Below, one piece after another: positions 23,619 to 34,932 of a DNA stretch of 64,000 nucleotides (position 1 is the stretch's first letter; the number at the start of each line of letters is the position of its first letter). Position numbers and translations under genes: made by a program. Source of the stretch: Azolla caroliniana (Eukaryota; Plantae; Polypodiophyta); assembly GCA_043228905.1 (NCBI GenBank), contig JBHGNT010000016.1, forward strand, positions 11,346,001 to 11,410,000, written 5' to 3'. The notes beneath the pieces were generated by a model. The model was given only the letters and a program-made list of their open reading frames with translations. It was not told the origin of the DNA and searched no databases.

Positions 23619-26515
23619 TTATTCTTCCGGTTGTGGTTGTTGCGGCTGTGCTTGCTGCTGCTGCTGTGGTTGCGATTGGGACTGAGACTGCTCCGGCTGC
23701 TCTATAGGCGGCTGCTCCGTTTGTTTCTCTGACTCCGGCATCTCCGTTTGACTGCTTCCGGTCCGGTCTCCTTCCAGTACCGGTTCCTCATCACTGAGGT
23801 TGACCGTAACCGGTTCTCGTGCTTTCTCTTCCCGGATCCGGGACCTCTCGTAGCTTTCAAACTGGATCTGCGCCTCCAGCCTGTCGTCGTCCAGCTGAAC
23901 TACAAGTTGCCGGACTTGCTCTAGTTGGTCCTCTGCCAAGGCTTGAAAGTCTTCAGCCAGCTCATCTCTTATGCCGGTGAAGTCTTCGGAAGTCAGCATA
24001 TAGCAATCATCTCCCTCCTTCCGCCGGTTCTCTAGGTCGGCCCGGAGCAATTGGAGTTCCGCCGCGTTCGTGGCCCACTTGGTCCACCATTTGACGGAAC
24101 CGTTGTCAATCAAGCTCTTGGTCTGGTTCAACCAGGCCCGCATGATATCCTGGATGCGACTTGCTCCCATTTGCGCTCTGCTTTCCACAACTTGTCGCTC
24201 CTCCTTCAACTGCTTGATGAGATTAGCCGTATCCTCCGCCTGCTCTCTGTAGCGCGTCAGCTGCCCTTGATATGTCGTCTGCAGCCTCTGCAGTACCTCC
24301 GCCGCTCTTTCTTTTTCCGCCTGCTGTTGCCTGAGGAGCTCTGTCCGAACCTTCTCCGCCTCTTCCAACCGTCTTCTGGTTTCTGCTTGTTCCTTGGCGT
24401 TGCCGTTGCGGTCCGATCAACTGCTTGCCGGAGCTCATCCGTCCGTTCCTTGTGCTCCGTTTGCAACCGTTTATACTCCCGGTGCAAGTGCTCAAATTCT
24501 TCCGTTTTTTGTTTGAGCTTGCCGTTGATCTGGCGATGGTTCCGGTCCTCCCGGTCCTTTACCTGCCGGAGTTCCTCTTTCAGGCGCTCTACTTCTGTTT
24601 CGGCATTTCTCCGGAGCCTGTCCTTCTCTTGCAGCATTTTCTCCTTCTCCTCCTTGAGCCAGTCGTACGCTTGGTGGCCTTTTCGTAAGCTCTCCTCGGC
24701 CAAGCGTAGCTTCTCAGCAGTCTTTTTGAGTTCTGCCTCCGCTGCCGTCTTCAACTCTCTTTCGCGGCTCCTCAGCGCTTCTTGGGCAGCTAGCTCATCC
24801 TTTAAGTCCGCAAGCTCTTGGGCTTGTGCCGCATTTCTCTCCGGAACGGTTTCCGTTGCCGGGGTCTAATTGCTATGTACAGGTTGATCTGACGATTTAT
24901 TCTGTACATTGCCCGGAGTCACCGGTGCTTGGACTTGTGTTGTCAAAGCCAATTGAGCCATTTCCCTTGTGACCCTGTCCAAGTCTTGTTCAAGGCTCCG
25001 GATTCTGGACCGGGCCGTCTCTAGATCTACGGTTGTGACGAGCAACCGTTCTTGGTGCGCTCTCTCCTCCGCCTCTATGTACTCGACCGCTCCGGCGATT
25101 TGCTCGCCTACCCACCGTAGCCACATGCTACTGGTGCCTTGTTGCTGTACTGGTCGGGTCGGCTCATTCACTGTGGAATTGTCTGGCCTGAGTGCCTGTA
25201 TCTGCTGTTCTGGTTCTACTCCTTGGCCGCCGTGTGTGCTGGATGGGCTCGCCGGCTGTTGAGTTCCGGTTCTCGCCGTCTCCGGAGCTGTCGACAAGGC
25301 CGGTTCCATACGCACCGGTTCCGGTTCCTCCCTTCTGGTTTGCTCAGGTTGAGTTGGGGGCGTTTCTTCCTGTTGCGGGTCCGACCGCTCCCCCGCTGTC
25401 CCGGCGGTCCTACTTCTTGACCGTCGTTGAAGGTGCTCTTCTGGCTCCTCCATTTCCTCTTCCTGGGTAACGGCATGTTTCTGGGCCATCAAGGGTTCCG
25501 GTTCCTTCTGTCCCGGTCGCCGTATGGTTATCTTAACGGGTCGGACCGGTGACACCTCCTCCGGTTCTGGGAGCCGTTTCTTCCCTTTCGTCGCCTTCGA
25601 CGCCAGCAGCTGCTGTCGTTTGGACGCCGGCTTCGAGGTGCTTCCTTCCGATAATCTTGGCCGCTTCTTTGGCTGAACGGTCTCGATCGGCGGCACGAGC
25701 AATGTTATCCACTGAGCTACGGCATGCCACAGCTTCCGGCCCTCCTTGCCGTCCTTTCCTCGTACCATGTCGATTGCCATGCACAAACCGTCTGCAATCA
25801 ACACCGGCCAGTCCACCTTGATCCCTTCATAGGTGGCTATGATCATCCCTGCCCGATTTTTTGGCATGACAGGGGGTCGGGGGTACACGTGGCCGTACTC
25901 ATGGAGCACTCGAGCTATCTCCCTGAATAGCGGATCTTCGCCGCCCTGCGTTTGATAGCCTTTGCCGGCTACAGAGTACTCACCAAAATATCGGATGAGT
26001 TGCTCCGAGGTTGGGTTATCAATCTGAAAAATACCTCCCTCCGGAAGGACTCTTAGCGCACGGATCGCTTCCTCTGTGATGACTTCCGTGTCAAGCTCCT
26101 TGATGACCCGGTCGGCTTCTCTGTGCGGTGGTGCCTCCATGATGGTCAGGAACCCATCCAGTCCGTGTTGCCTGAGCCATTTCCTGGCCGCTTCCGACAG
26201 CGTTTGTGGTTCCATGTCTGCTTCGAGGTCGAGGAAAGATGGCGAGGTAGAGTGGTGATGAGAGTGAGAGCGAGAGATAGAGAGTTCCGAACGTGGGGGT
26301 TCTCTGAGTGCAAGTTCGTGTTTGGTAAGCTTCCACCGCCTTGGTGCTTCTGTGCTTCTTGGCTCGCGAAATGAAAAGGTCTCCATGCGTTCTGCTTCTT
26401 CTTTGTGCGTTTTGGCGCCTTTTTCGAGCATGCACACGTCGTGTACCAATTTAGTATTAAGTAGCGTGGCGGCTCTTAAATGCCCACTTCGTACCTTTTC
26501 GCTCCTTGCTTTCAC
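23619..26515 (-). pseudogene. Element D extra 3' ORF: globular N-terminal domain, Pro/Glu-rich linker, long coiled coil
   Basis: ORFs 24866-26515, 24257-24754 and 23619-24368 are in sense orientation and joined by one stop and one frameshift. Probable start MEPQTLSE at about 26215. Confidence 0.7.
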
Positions 26516-26601
26516 GTCCGTTCATACCTCGATTTTTAATGATTTCTTTTTTTTCTTTTTTTTTTTTCTTTTTTTAATATTTTAAATGACGGTATGTGAT
26601 T

Positions 26602-29600
26602 TTACACCTCCGTAGGTCCCTTCGGACCCTTACCGTTTTCCTTACGGGTTGTCGTGTCTTCCTTCGCCTCTGCTACGGGTTCCCCGTCGTCTTTTTCTTT
26701 CATACGTACCGTTCCCGGAAAGGTTCCCGGTATAGTGCCGGTGGGCTGCATAAACGGGTTACTTGGCATCGGTCCTTTATAGGGCTTTAGTCTAAATCCG
26801 TTGACCCACTTGCCTAGCACTTCACCAGCAAGTGTCCCTATCTGATAGGACCCGTTGTATTCCCGTGTCAGCCAATACGGGCCTGTCCATCTAAACCGGA
26901 GTTTACCCGGCATCTTGCCCATCCTCGTTTGGAATACTAGCACCGGCTTTCCGATTTCGAACATCTTCTCATTACCTTTCCGGTGACGGTCAACGAACGC
27001 TTTCCGTCGTCGTTGCTCCAGTTCCATGTGTAGGATGCTGGTCAGCCGTTGCTCCTCCAGTTCGCATAGTGCTGCTAGCCGCATTTCCTCCGACTCCTTT
27101 TCATTCAGCCGCTCCCGTAGTTGGATCCGTAAGCTTGGTACCTGAAATTCCACCGGCATGACCGCTTCTAAGCCGAACGCTAACCGGAACGGCGTTGTCC
27201 GGATACTTGTTTTGTATGCCGTTCGGTACGCCCATAGCGCGCTATGGAGCTTTGTATCCCAGTCCATCCGGTTTTCATTGACGATTTTGCGGAGAATGTT
27301 CTGCAGCGTTTTGTTGGTGGACTCTGCTAATCCGTTCGCTTGTGGGTAGTACGGTGTGCTCCGTTTATGGACCACAGCATAGAACGTTGTTAAGCTTTCA
27401 ACTACCTGGCCAAGGAAGTGCCCTCCTTGGTCGCTGATTAATTCAATCGGACATCCATATCGGCACCAAATGTTCTCGTACAGGAATTTTGCTGTGGATG
27501 ACGCAGTATTGTCTCTCAAGGCCTTAGCTTCCACCCATTTAGTACAATAATCCGTTGCCACGATGAAATAACGATTACCCGTTCTCATTGCCGGTGGCTT
27601 GAACGGTCCGACAAAATCCAACCCCCACTTCTGGAATGGCTCTAGTGGAAGTACCGGTTGGTGTGGCATCCGTGCTTGCTCCGTAGGCTGGCCCATTCGT
27701 TGGCATAGGTCACATTCCTTAGCGTACTTGACGGCGTCTTTTAACGTCGTGGGCCACCATAAGCCGCTCTGCCATACCTTCCTTGCCGTCGCTTCCCCGG
27801 CATAGTGTCCTCCGGCAACCCCACAGTGTGCTTCCCGTAAGATTACTTGTTTCTCGTCACTACGGACTGCCCGTCTCCATATTTCATCTGCTCCTTTGTG
27901 GTAGAGAGTGTCCCGTAACAGACAGAAATTGCGGCTCTGCACCGCCAGTCGTTTCCTCTCGTCCCGGTTCATTTCCTCCGGTGGCAGGCCCGTGCTTAGG
28001 AACTGGTGCATGTTTGTCAGCCACCTATCTTCTGATGCCACCGTGTCGTCCGCTGCCATTTCCGGGGTGATATGGAATAACTCTGCGTCCGGGAATTCAT
28101 CCGATACTCCGTCGCCTGCTTCTCCGGACTCTAACCGGCTCAGGTAGTCTGCTACGGCATGCTGGATACCGGGCCGGTGGAAGATCTCGAATTCGAACTC
28201 CTGCAACAGCAAGGTCCAACGGGCCAACTTACCGGTCAGGGACGCCTTGGACACTAAGTACAGGAGCGCCGAGTGATCCACATGAAAGGAGAACTTCCTT
28301 CCCAATAGGTAATGACGAAACTTTGTTACACTATAGATCATGCCCAGGGCCTCCCGTTCCGTCGTCGAATAGTTCTTCTCCGCTTGGGACAGCTTCCGGC
28401 TGGCGTAATATACTGGCCGGTACCATTTAGGCTCCGTAAGTTGCATTAAGGCGCTGCCGATAGCGATGTCGGACGCGTCAACGAACACGTGAAATTCCTT
28501 GCTCCAATCCGGAGGCTGCACGATGGGTGCTTGCGACAAAAGTACCTTCAGGGCATTGTATGCCTTATCCTCCGTATCCGTCCATTGGAACAGTGTCCGA
28601 TGTACCGCGGTGTGTAATGGTGTAGCCAAGTCAGCCAAGTGACGGAGCATCCGGCTGTGCCACCGGATCTGTCCTAAGAATCGGCTTAGTGCTTTGGCCG
28701 TTTTCGGCGCCGGTGCTCCTAGTATCGCGTTTACTTTGTCCGGGTCGACCGCAATGCCCTCCTTACTTACAATGTGTCCCAGTAAGATTCCACTAGAAAC
28801 CCCAAAGATGCATTTTGCTGGGTTTAAGCTTAGCCGGTATAACCTACACTTTTCAAGGCATAACCGTAGGTGCTGCAAATGGTCTTTTCCCCGGCTATAG
28901 ACTGCAAAATCATCCAGGAAAACCTGCATGAAGGCAGGAATGTATTCGCCGAAGATCTCCATGATGATTCGCTGGAAAGTTGCTGGTGCCGTTTTTAGGC
29001 CGAACATCATTACTTCGGCCACAAACACCCCCCATTCGGTGACGAACGCTGTTTTCTCCTGGTCGTCAGGGTGCATCCGGATTTGATTGTATCCGCTGAA
29101 CCCGTCTAAAAAACTATAAACTTCATGGCCGGCGACGGCATCCAGTACTCCATCCGTGAACGGAAGGGGGAATGCATCCGTAATTGTGGCTGCATTTAGT
29201 TTCCGGTAATCTACACACACGCGGATTTTACCGTTCTTCTTTGGGACGACGACGATAGGGCTCAGCCACGTCGCTTTCTTTACCGGCCGGATGAAGCCCA
29301 CTCTTAGGAGTTTGTCGATTTCCTCCTTCACTTTGGCGGCGTAGTTGGGGTTCATTCGGTAACGTCTTTGCGCCACTGGTTTCGCGTCCTTGCCTAAGTG
29401 GATCTGATGCTGATATAATTGAGGGTCCAACCCTCGCATGTCTTCGTATGACCAGGCGAATACGTCGCGAAACTCCGTGAGAAGTTTGATCATCACCGCT
29501 TTATCTTCCGGCTTCATTTCTTTGGCGATGTGTACCGGCTTTGATTCGTCCTTGCTTCCTAGGTTCACTTCGTCGAGCTGGGATGTTTTTACCCGTTGGG

Positions 29601-29622
29601 AAACGGCCATTTCCCGTTCCAA
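26602..29622 (-). CDS. pol: Element D RT-RNase H-integrase
   Basis: LDGFSGYNQI, MFGLK, FLDDF, VDASD, TEREAL, WGLDFVGP, SDQG, GLAE, GPY. Confidence 0.95.
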   Translation of the reverse strand: MEREMAVSQRVKTSQLDEVNLGSKDESKPVHIAKEMKPEDKAVMIKLLTEFRDVFAWSYEDMRGLDPQLYQHQIHLGKDAKPVAQRRYRMNPNYAAKVKEEIDKLLRVGFIRPVKKATWLSPIVVVPKKNGKIRVCVDYRKLNAATITDAFPLPFTDGVLDAVAGHEVYSFLDGFSGYNQIRMHPDDQEKTAFVTEWGVFVAEVMMFGLKTAPATFQRIIMEIFGEYIPAFMQVFLDDFAVYSRGKDHLQHLRLCLEKCRLYRLSLNPAKCIFGVSSGILLGHIVSKEGIAVDPDKVNAILGAPAPKTAKALSRFLGQIRWHSRMLRHLADLATPLHTAVHRTLFQWTDTEDKAYNALKVLLSQAPIVQPPDWSKEFHVFVDASDIAIGSALMQLTEPKWYRPVYYASRKLSQAEKNYSTTEREALGMIYSVTKFRHYLLGRKFSFHVDHSALLYLVSKASLTGKLARWTLLLQEFEFEIFHRPGIQHAVADYLSRLESGEAGDGVSDEFPDAELFHITPEMAADDTVASEDRWLTNMHQFLSTGLPPEEMNRDERKRLAVQSRNFCLLRDTLYHKGADEIWRRAVRSDEKQVILREAHCGVAGGHYAGEATARKVWQSGLWWPTTLKDAVKYAKECDLCQRMGQPTEQARMPHQPVLPLEPFQKWGLDFVGPFKPPAMRTGNRYFIVATDYCTKWVEAKALRDNTASSTAKFLYENIWCRYGCPIELISDQGGHFLGQVVESLTTFYAVVHKRSTPYYPQANGLAESTNKTLQNILRKIVNENRMDWDTKLHSALWAYRTAYKTSIRTTPFRLAFGLEAVMPVEFQVPSLRIQLRERLNEKESEEMRLAALCELEEQRLTSILHMELEQRRRKAFVDRHRKGNEKMFEIGKPVLVFQTRMGKMPGKLRFRWTGPYWLTREYNGSYQIGTLAGEVLGKWVNGFRLKPYKGPMPSNPFMQPTGTIPGTFPGTVRMKEKDDGEPVAEAKEDTTTRKENGKGPKGPTEV

Positions 29623-32160
29623 CGCTTCCTGTGCTTGCCGTAATTCCCGAATCGCATCTTTGTCTGGTTCGGCTTCGGTTTCGTCCCGCTACGGCAAGTA
29701 TGGCGCTACGGCTTCAGCTACGTCAATCTCGAAGAGTGGTACGATCTTCGGGTGTTCCTCCAAGTACTGGGCTTCTTCGTCGTCTGCCAACCCTTCGAGC
29801 ATGTTCACGCATTCCGCATACAGCGGTGTGCATTCCTTACTGTTGCTCGTCCGTGGTTGTGTCGGTACCCGGACCTTGGCTTTTCCGCGCCGGAAGGTAA
29901 TCATATTTTTCCGCCAATTTTGCTTGATGTGTGCTGTTTTCAACCATGGTCTACCCAGCAACAGTGGGTACGCGCCTTGCGCCTGTAGCTGCAGCACTAC
30001 AGCCGAGATGTGAAATGTGTGACCTCCTATGGTGACTTCCAATTTCCGTATTAAGCCCGTCGGCCGTACAGAGCTCGTATCCGCCATCCGTAGCCAGAAC
30101 GGACATGGCTCCCATTCATGTATACCCAAGGCATCACACGTGCGGAGGCTTATTACGTTCACCCCGGAACCTCCATCGATTATTGTGCCGGGAAGTTCGT
30201 GCCCTTTGACAATAGCTGTAATCACCGGACTACTTGTGTCCACCACCGTCGGTCCCTCCTCCGGATTCGAGAAGAGGATTGGTGCCAGTGGGGCTATACC
30301 GTCTGTCATGACCGTTTTTAGTCCTTCCGTAAATCGCGGCACGAGCTGCAAGAGTCTTCCTAATGGCAACGTGATCTGACATTCTTGCAGTGCTTGCCAT
30401 GTCTCGTTTTCTGCGTGGCTACCGCCGGCACTCCCTATGGTATTTGCCTTTTGTCGTTCCGCGTCCGCGACGTTCCTTTCATTGGCTTCCTTCACCCATT
30501 CCGTCGCCTGCTTTCGTATGGCCTCTTGTGTTTCCCACTCTTTGGCCATGCCTTTCGACCGCGTGGTTACTTGTTGTATATCCGCCACTTCCGGAACCAC
30601 CATATTAACTGTTGGTCGTTTATCGTAGCTCTTTGTCGGGCACTGGTTACTGTAGTGGCCTTCCTGCCTGCAGTAATAGCAGTACTCTTTACGGGTATTG
30701 TTGGATTCAGCTTTGCTGGTATCCGGAGTCGGTCCCGTAGTGAGTGGTGCGTTCTGTGCCGGTTGGCTCCTTGGGGTTCCCTGTTCCGGGTCCCTAGTGT
30801 GACCACCTTTCTTGAAATTACGTTTCTTATTATTCTTATTTTTATTTCGGTAGTCCGGTCGTGGTGGATCGTAAAATCGGCCGTAGTCCTCCTGGTGCCT
30901 TCGGTAACCAGGGGAATGGTCTCAGTCGTATTGCTCGTGTCATCTGTTGGGCTCCCGATAACGGTCCGATCGCTCATACCGGTCGTAGTTATCACGCCGA
31001 TTCCCGTACCGGCCATCATTCTCTTGTCTGTCTCCGTACCGGACATTCTATGCCGGTTGGTATCGGTTCATTCTTTGCCAACGATCGTCATCTTCGTCTC
31101 GGCTGCTTCTTGGCTCGATCCGTCGGACGGGTGGTGCTTGTCGGTTTAACAGGTTATACTCGCACCGGTCCGTTGTATGACTCTTGGATTGACAAATCAC
31201 ACACTGGGTTCGCATGGTGCACTCCACTGCCGAGTGTCCGGCATTCAAGCAGATTGTGCATTGAATTGCCTGCCAGAACCGGAGATCTTCCTCGGTGGGT
31301 AACGCCCGTTGCAGTGTTCCCAGCGTAAGCCATGACCTTGACTTTTCCATTTCTCTGACCCGGTCAATGACCTGGTCGATGGTGCATCCTCGAAAGTCGA
31401 TCACCGTACACACTGTGCGTAACGGTTCCCGGAGTGCGTTTAAAAATATCGTCCGTAATTCCTCCTCCGGGGGTGCACGGGCAAGCTGGCTATGCATTCG
31501 TTGGAAACGGATGACGAATTGGGGAATGCTTTCCCTTGCCTCCTGTCGGATCGTATAAAACAGGCCCACCATTGTCGTTTGGTCGACCTCCTTGTGGAAA
31601 AAATGCAAGAATTTTGCTTTTAATTCTGCAAAGGTTGTGATGGTCGCCGGGTCCTGCGTCCGTCGCCATCGTGTCGCTGGTCCCTCCAACGTGACTCCGA
31701 ATTCCGCTATCTTCGAGCGTTCTTCTTCCTCCGGTGTCATTCGCTGGGACGTGTGATTTGCTTCCCATGTCTGCTTGAAGTCATGAACATGCGCTTCCAC
31801 GTCCGGATCATCGCGATACTTTGAGTATTGGAACGGCATGTCGTCGTCCAGTATTAGGCCGCGGTTTAGTGGCGTTTGTTGATATCTTTCCGGTTTTCTC
31901 TCCGGTTCCACTTCCGGTTCTTTTGCCGGTGCTTTTTCCGGTTCCTTTTCCGGCTCTTCTTCCGGTACCTTTGCCGGCTCTTTCGTTGGTGTCGGTGGCT
32001 TTGCTTCTTCCACTTCCGGTGTTGGTGGGTTGACGGCTTCCGTTTGCGGTTCCGGATAGCCCTGGTTGAGCGGTTCCGGTTCTGGAGTTGGCACGGTATT
32101 CGACCCGTCGTCCTCCGGGCCGCCGGGGGTATCGTTGCTGCTCCGGTAGTTCGTGTGCAC
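29623..32160 (-). pseudogene. gag: Element D gag-protease, same frame as pol, with several stops
   Basis: Zinc knuckles CTICLNAGHSAVEC and CVICQSKSHTTDRC; protease IIDGGSGVN; stops at 31048 and 29689 plus CGA>TGA-type stops between them. Confidence 0.9.
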
Positions 32161-33499
32161 GCTGTATCCCCCTTCGGAATCCGATTCGTAGGCTGAAAAG
32201 GCTTCTGCCTCGTTTTCTCCGCTTGCCAGCGCCTTGAGGAGGCGTTCGGTTTCCCGGAGACTACTTAGACTGCTTCCGTCGTCCTGATCGCGAGTTTACC
32301 GTAACCGAAGAGATTCCTCGGCGACTCTCCGGATCTCGTTGGAGAACGAACGATCCGAGCGAATTTCCTGCGCTGCTTGCTGGAAAGTCTCACGCCGTCT
32401 TTGTCGTTCGGCGAGGCGTCGAGCTCGGTCTGTAACCAGGTCGTGCGTTGGTCTCGTTATCCATTAAGTCGTCGTTCGCTGCGAGAAAGCAGGAATCGTG
32501 GTCGCCAAAACTGTGTTATTCTCTGACCGGACAAGGTCTAACACAAGGTGTCACGGAGACACTTCACCAAAGGGGTGATTACGGCATAGGATTAAGATTC
32601 AACGATTACACCGACTTACGTAAGTTACACAATTAGGGTGCTTTGGTTAATTACACGCGTAAGATATAACAGTAATTACAGAACGGAAATCAACACAGAA
32701 GTATAAACACCATATGCTCTATTAATTATCCGCTGCGATTACAATGGGGTCCGGGCCTTTAAATAGGTTTCCGGCCCGTAGTACAAAACGGTGCCTATCG
32801 CACCTATTCGGGATCCGTCCGGATCTGGAATGGCATACCGTTTCCAGTCCGTCCGTCCACACTATGCTTATTTACAACCATACTTAATTAACTCCTTCAC
32901 TCCGTATTTTGGACTCCTTGCCGGCCGGTAACAAGGTCAAGTGTGAACTTGCCTAGGGGCCTTGGGTATCACTATAAATAAGAGGCCTAGCTACCCTCAT
33001 TTGATCATCTTTTTTTACTACATCGAGACTCTGCTCTTGTGGTGGGTCAACTCTTGTAGCGAGCGCGCCAACACCACGTACGACTCGACACCACGGCGGT
33101 GGTATGGGATGCCGATCGAGGCTCGAGTCCATCTCGATCCCTTCGCTCGGGGGTGGTCGGGTGGATCGGCACCCTTCTTTCTCTTTCTCCTTTCTATCTA
33201 TCATTACTTTATCCTTATCTTAAGCTTACTTTAATACCTAGATCTCTAATATTTGGTATCAGATTTACGTACTAATGTTTCTTTGTTTTTCATTTGTCTT
33301 TTGATTGATGTTGATCGATCGATGTGCGGTCGGCCTTGATCCAGACAACGATCAACAAAGAACTTCGGTAACTCTTTCCATAATTTTTCTTTCTATTCTC
33401 TCTTCTCCCATCTAATCATGTGTTTAGTTTATATGTCATTTTTTTTCATTAAGTCAATGATGTTGTAGTGGTCTTTAATTGATTATCTAAAACGTTTAC

Positions 33500-33770
33500 A
33501 TATGTGCACGAGGTCAATACCTCGTTTGACATATTAATAATATGTGATGAGTGTCGTATGCGTACGAGGTTAATACCTCAATTACGTATTACATTCACGA
33601 ACATATGTTACGTTTGCGTATGAGTTTAATCCCTTGATTTGTTGTAAACGATATGCGGTTGGTCTCGTATGCGTAAGAGGTCAATACCTCAATTGCGTAT
33701 TACGATGATCTCTTATTTGTGGATGTTTCGTGTGCGTAGAGGTATATACCGCGATTACGTATCTCGATCG
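33500..33770 (+). repeat. Array of about 5 degenerate stem-loop repeats in the element C leader
   Basis: TGCGTA(C)GAGG-TYAATA-CCTC-AATTRCGTA units at about 55-60 bp spacing. Confidence 0.8.
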
Positions 33771-34932
33771 CATCATTTGTGGCTATTTAATATAACGATA
33801 TGTTAATATAGGCATATGTGGTCACGTATATACGTATTTGATCGTATATATGTGATAAGTAAACATATGTGTATATTCGTTATTACATGATTATATCGAA
33901 AGTTGTCCTTGTCGGGAAAAGGATGTTGGTGGCCGTCCTCACATTTTTGTGAGAATGGCGTTGTCACCATCCCTTTTTCAACAATTTTTTATTGTTGACA
34001 ACCCCGTTGATGGCCTCGATTTCGTTACATAAAGAAACGTCTATAGCCATAATGATGTTGAGTACGTAGGGCTTGACCCATTTCAAGTGAGGTCGCTCCA
34101 ATGACACACGTATCCAACATTCCTCCCTCATTACATGGATACTTGCCACCATGAGCTCGTTGTTACGAGAGGCATTCGTAATGACGTGACCATGTGATGG
34201 GCCACATGAGCCTACTATGAAACGAGGGCTCATTTGGCTTGACCATTAGGTTGCACTTTGGCGTATGCCATTGTAATTACGAGACTTGAGGTTAGGTAAC
34301 GTACCAACATAGTTTTGGTAAATGAGGGCGAAATAAAGACCCTTGACATATATGTTCTTTTAGAAAAAACATATATGATCTCGCATATCTCTTATACGCA
34401 TCAAACATTAAGCATTCAAGACGAGCAACTTATTTGGTTGGCTCAAGTGTTTAATGTATTTGTTCTCGAGGTCTCGAGTTCAAATATGACCAAGACCATA
34501 CAACATCCTTGATACATATGACTATAACACATGTTTAGACTTAAGGTCTAAGTGCACCTCGGCGTCCTCGTAATAGGACTTAAAGAGCCGAAACCACATA
34601 TGTGGGCACCGAAACATAGTGTATTGTTAACATTTTTTTCGTGTATAAACTATTCATGACGCGAACATACATGGTTGAGCCTCGGGGAGCCACCATGAAA
34701 AAATCGATATAGAGATCAGGGAAAGACATTTATTTGTCACCCCCATGGTTTTTAAAACACCTTTGTGTTACCATAGTAACCTGATCTTGAACTTCATCTC
34801 ATACGTCTAGAGGGGTATTGACGTGAGATCATGATATCGATTAATGTTTGCCCATGATATGTTTACATCACGACATGATGTTATGACTATCTCTCTGACC
34901 TTATCCTATTTCTTTTCCAGAAATAATCTTTA

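Larger units (their letters stand above)
22958..32933 (-). mobile_element. Element D: non-chromovirus Ty3/Gypsy with an extra 3' ORF
   Basis: 420-bp LTRs 22958-23377 and 32514-32933; TSD AGGTC; PBS TGGCGACCAC (tRNA-Arg-like) 32507-32498. Confidence 0.97.

Noticed and set aside
24866-26515. Envelope gene
   Set aside because: No signal peptide or transmembrane segment is apparent; kept as an unknown accessory ORF.
29689-29691. Programmed TAG read-through between PR and RT of element D
   Set aside because: The same frame has several other C>T-type stops, so decay is the simpler explanation.
15200-32200. Many overlapping or antisense ORFs in A and D (likewise in F and H)
   Set aside because: Shadow ORFs of GC-rich coding or LTR sequence with no recognisable motifs.
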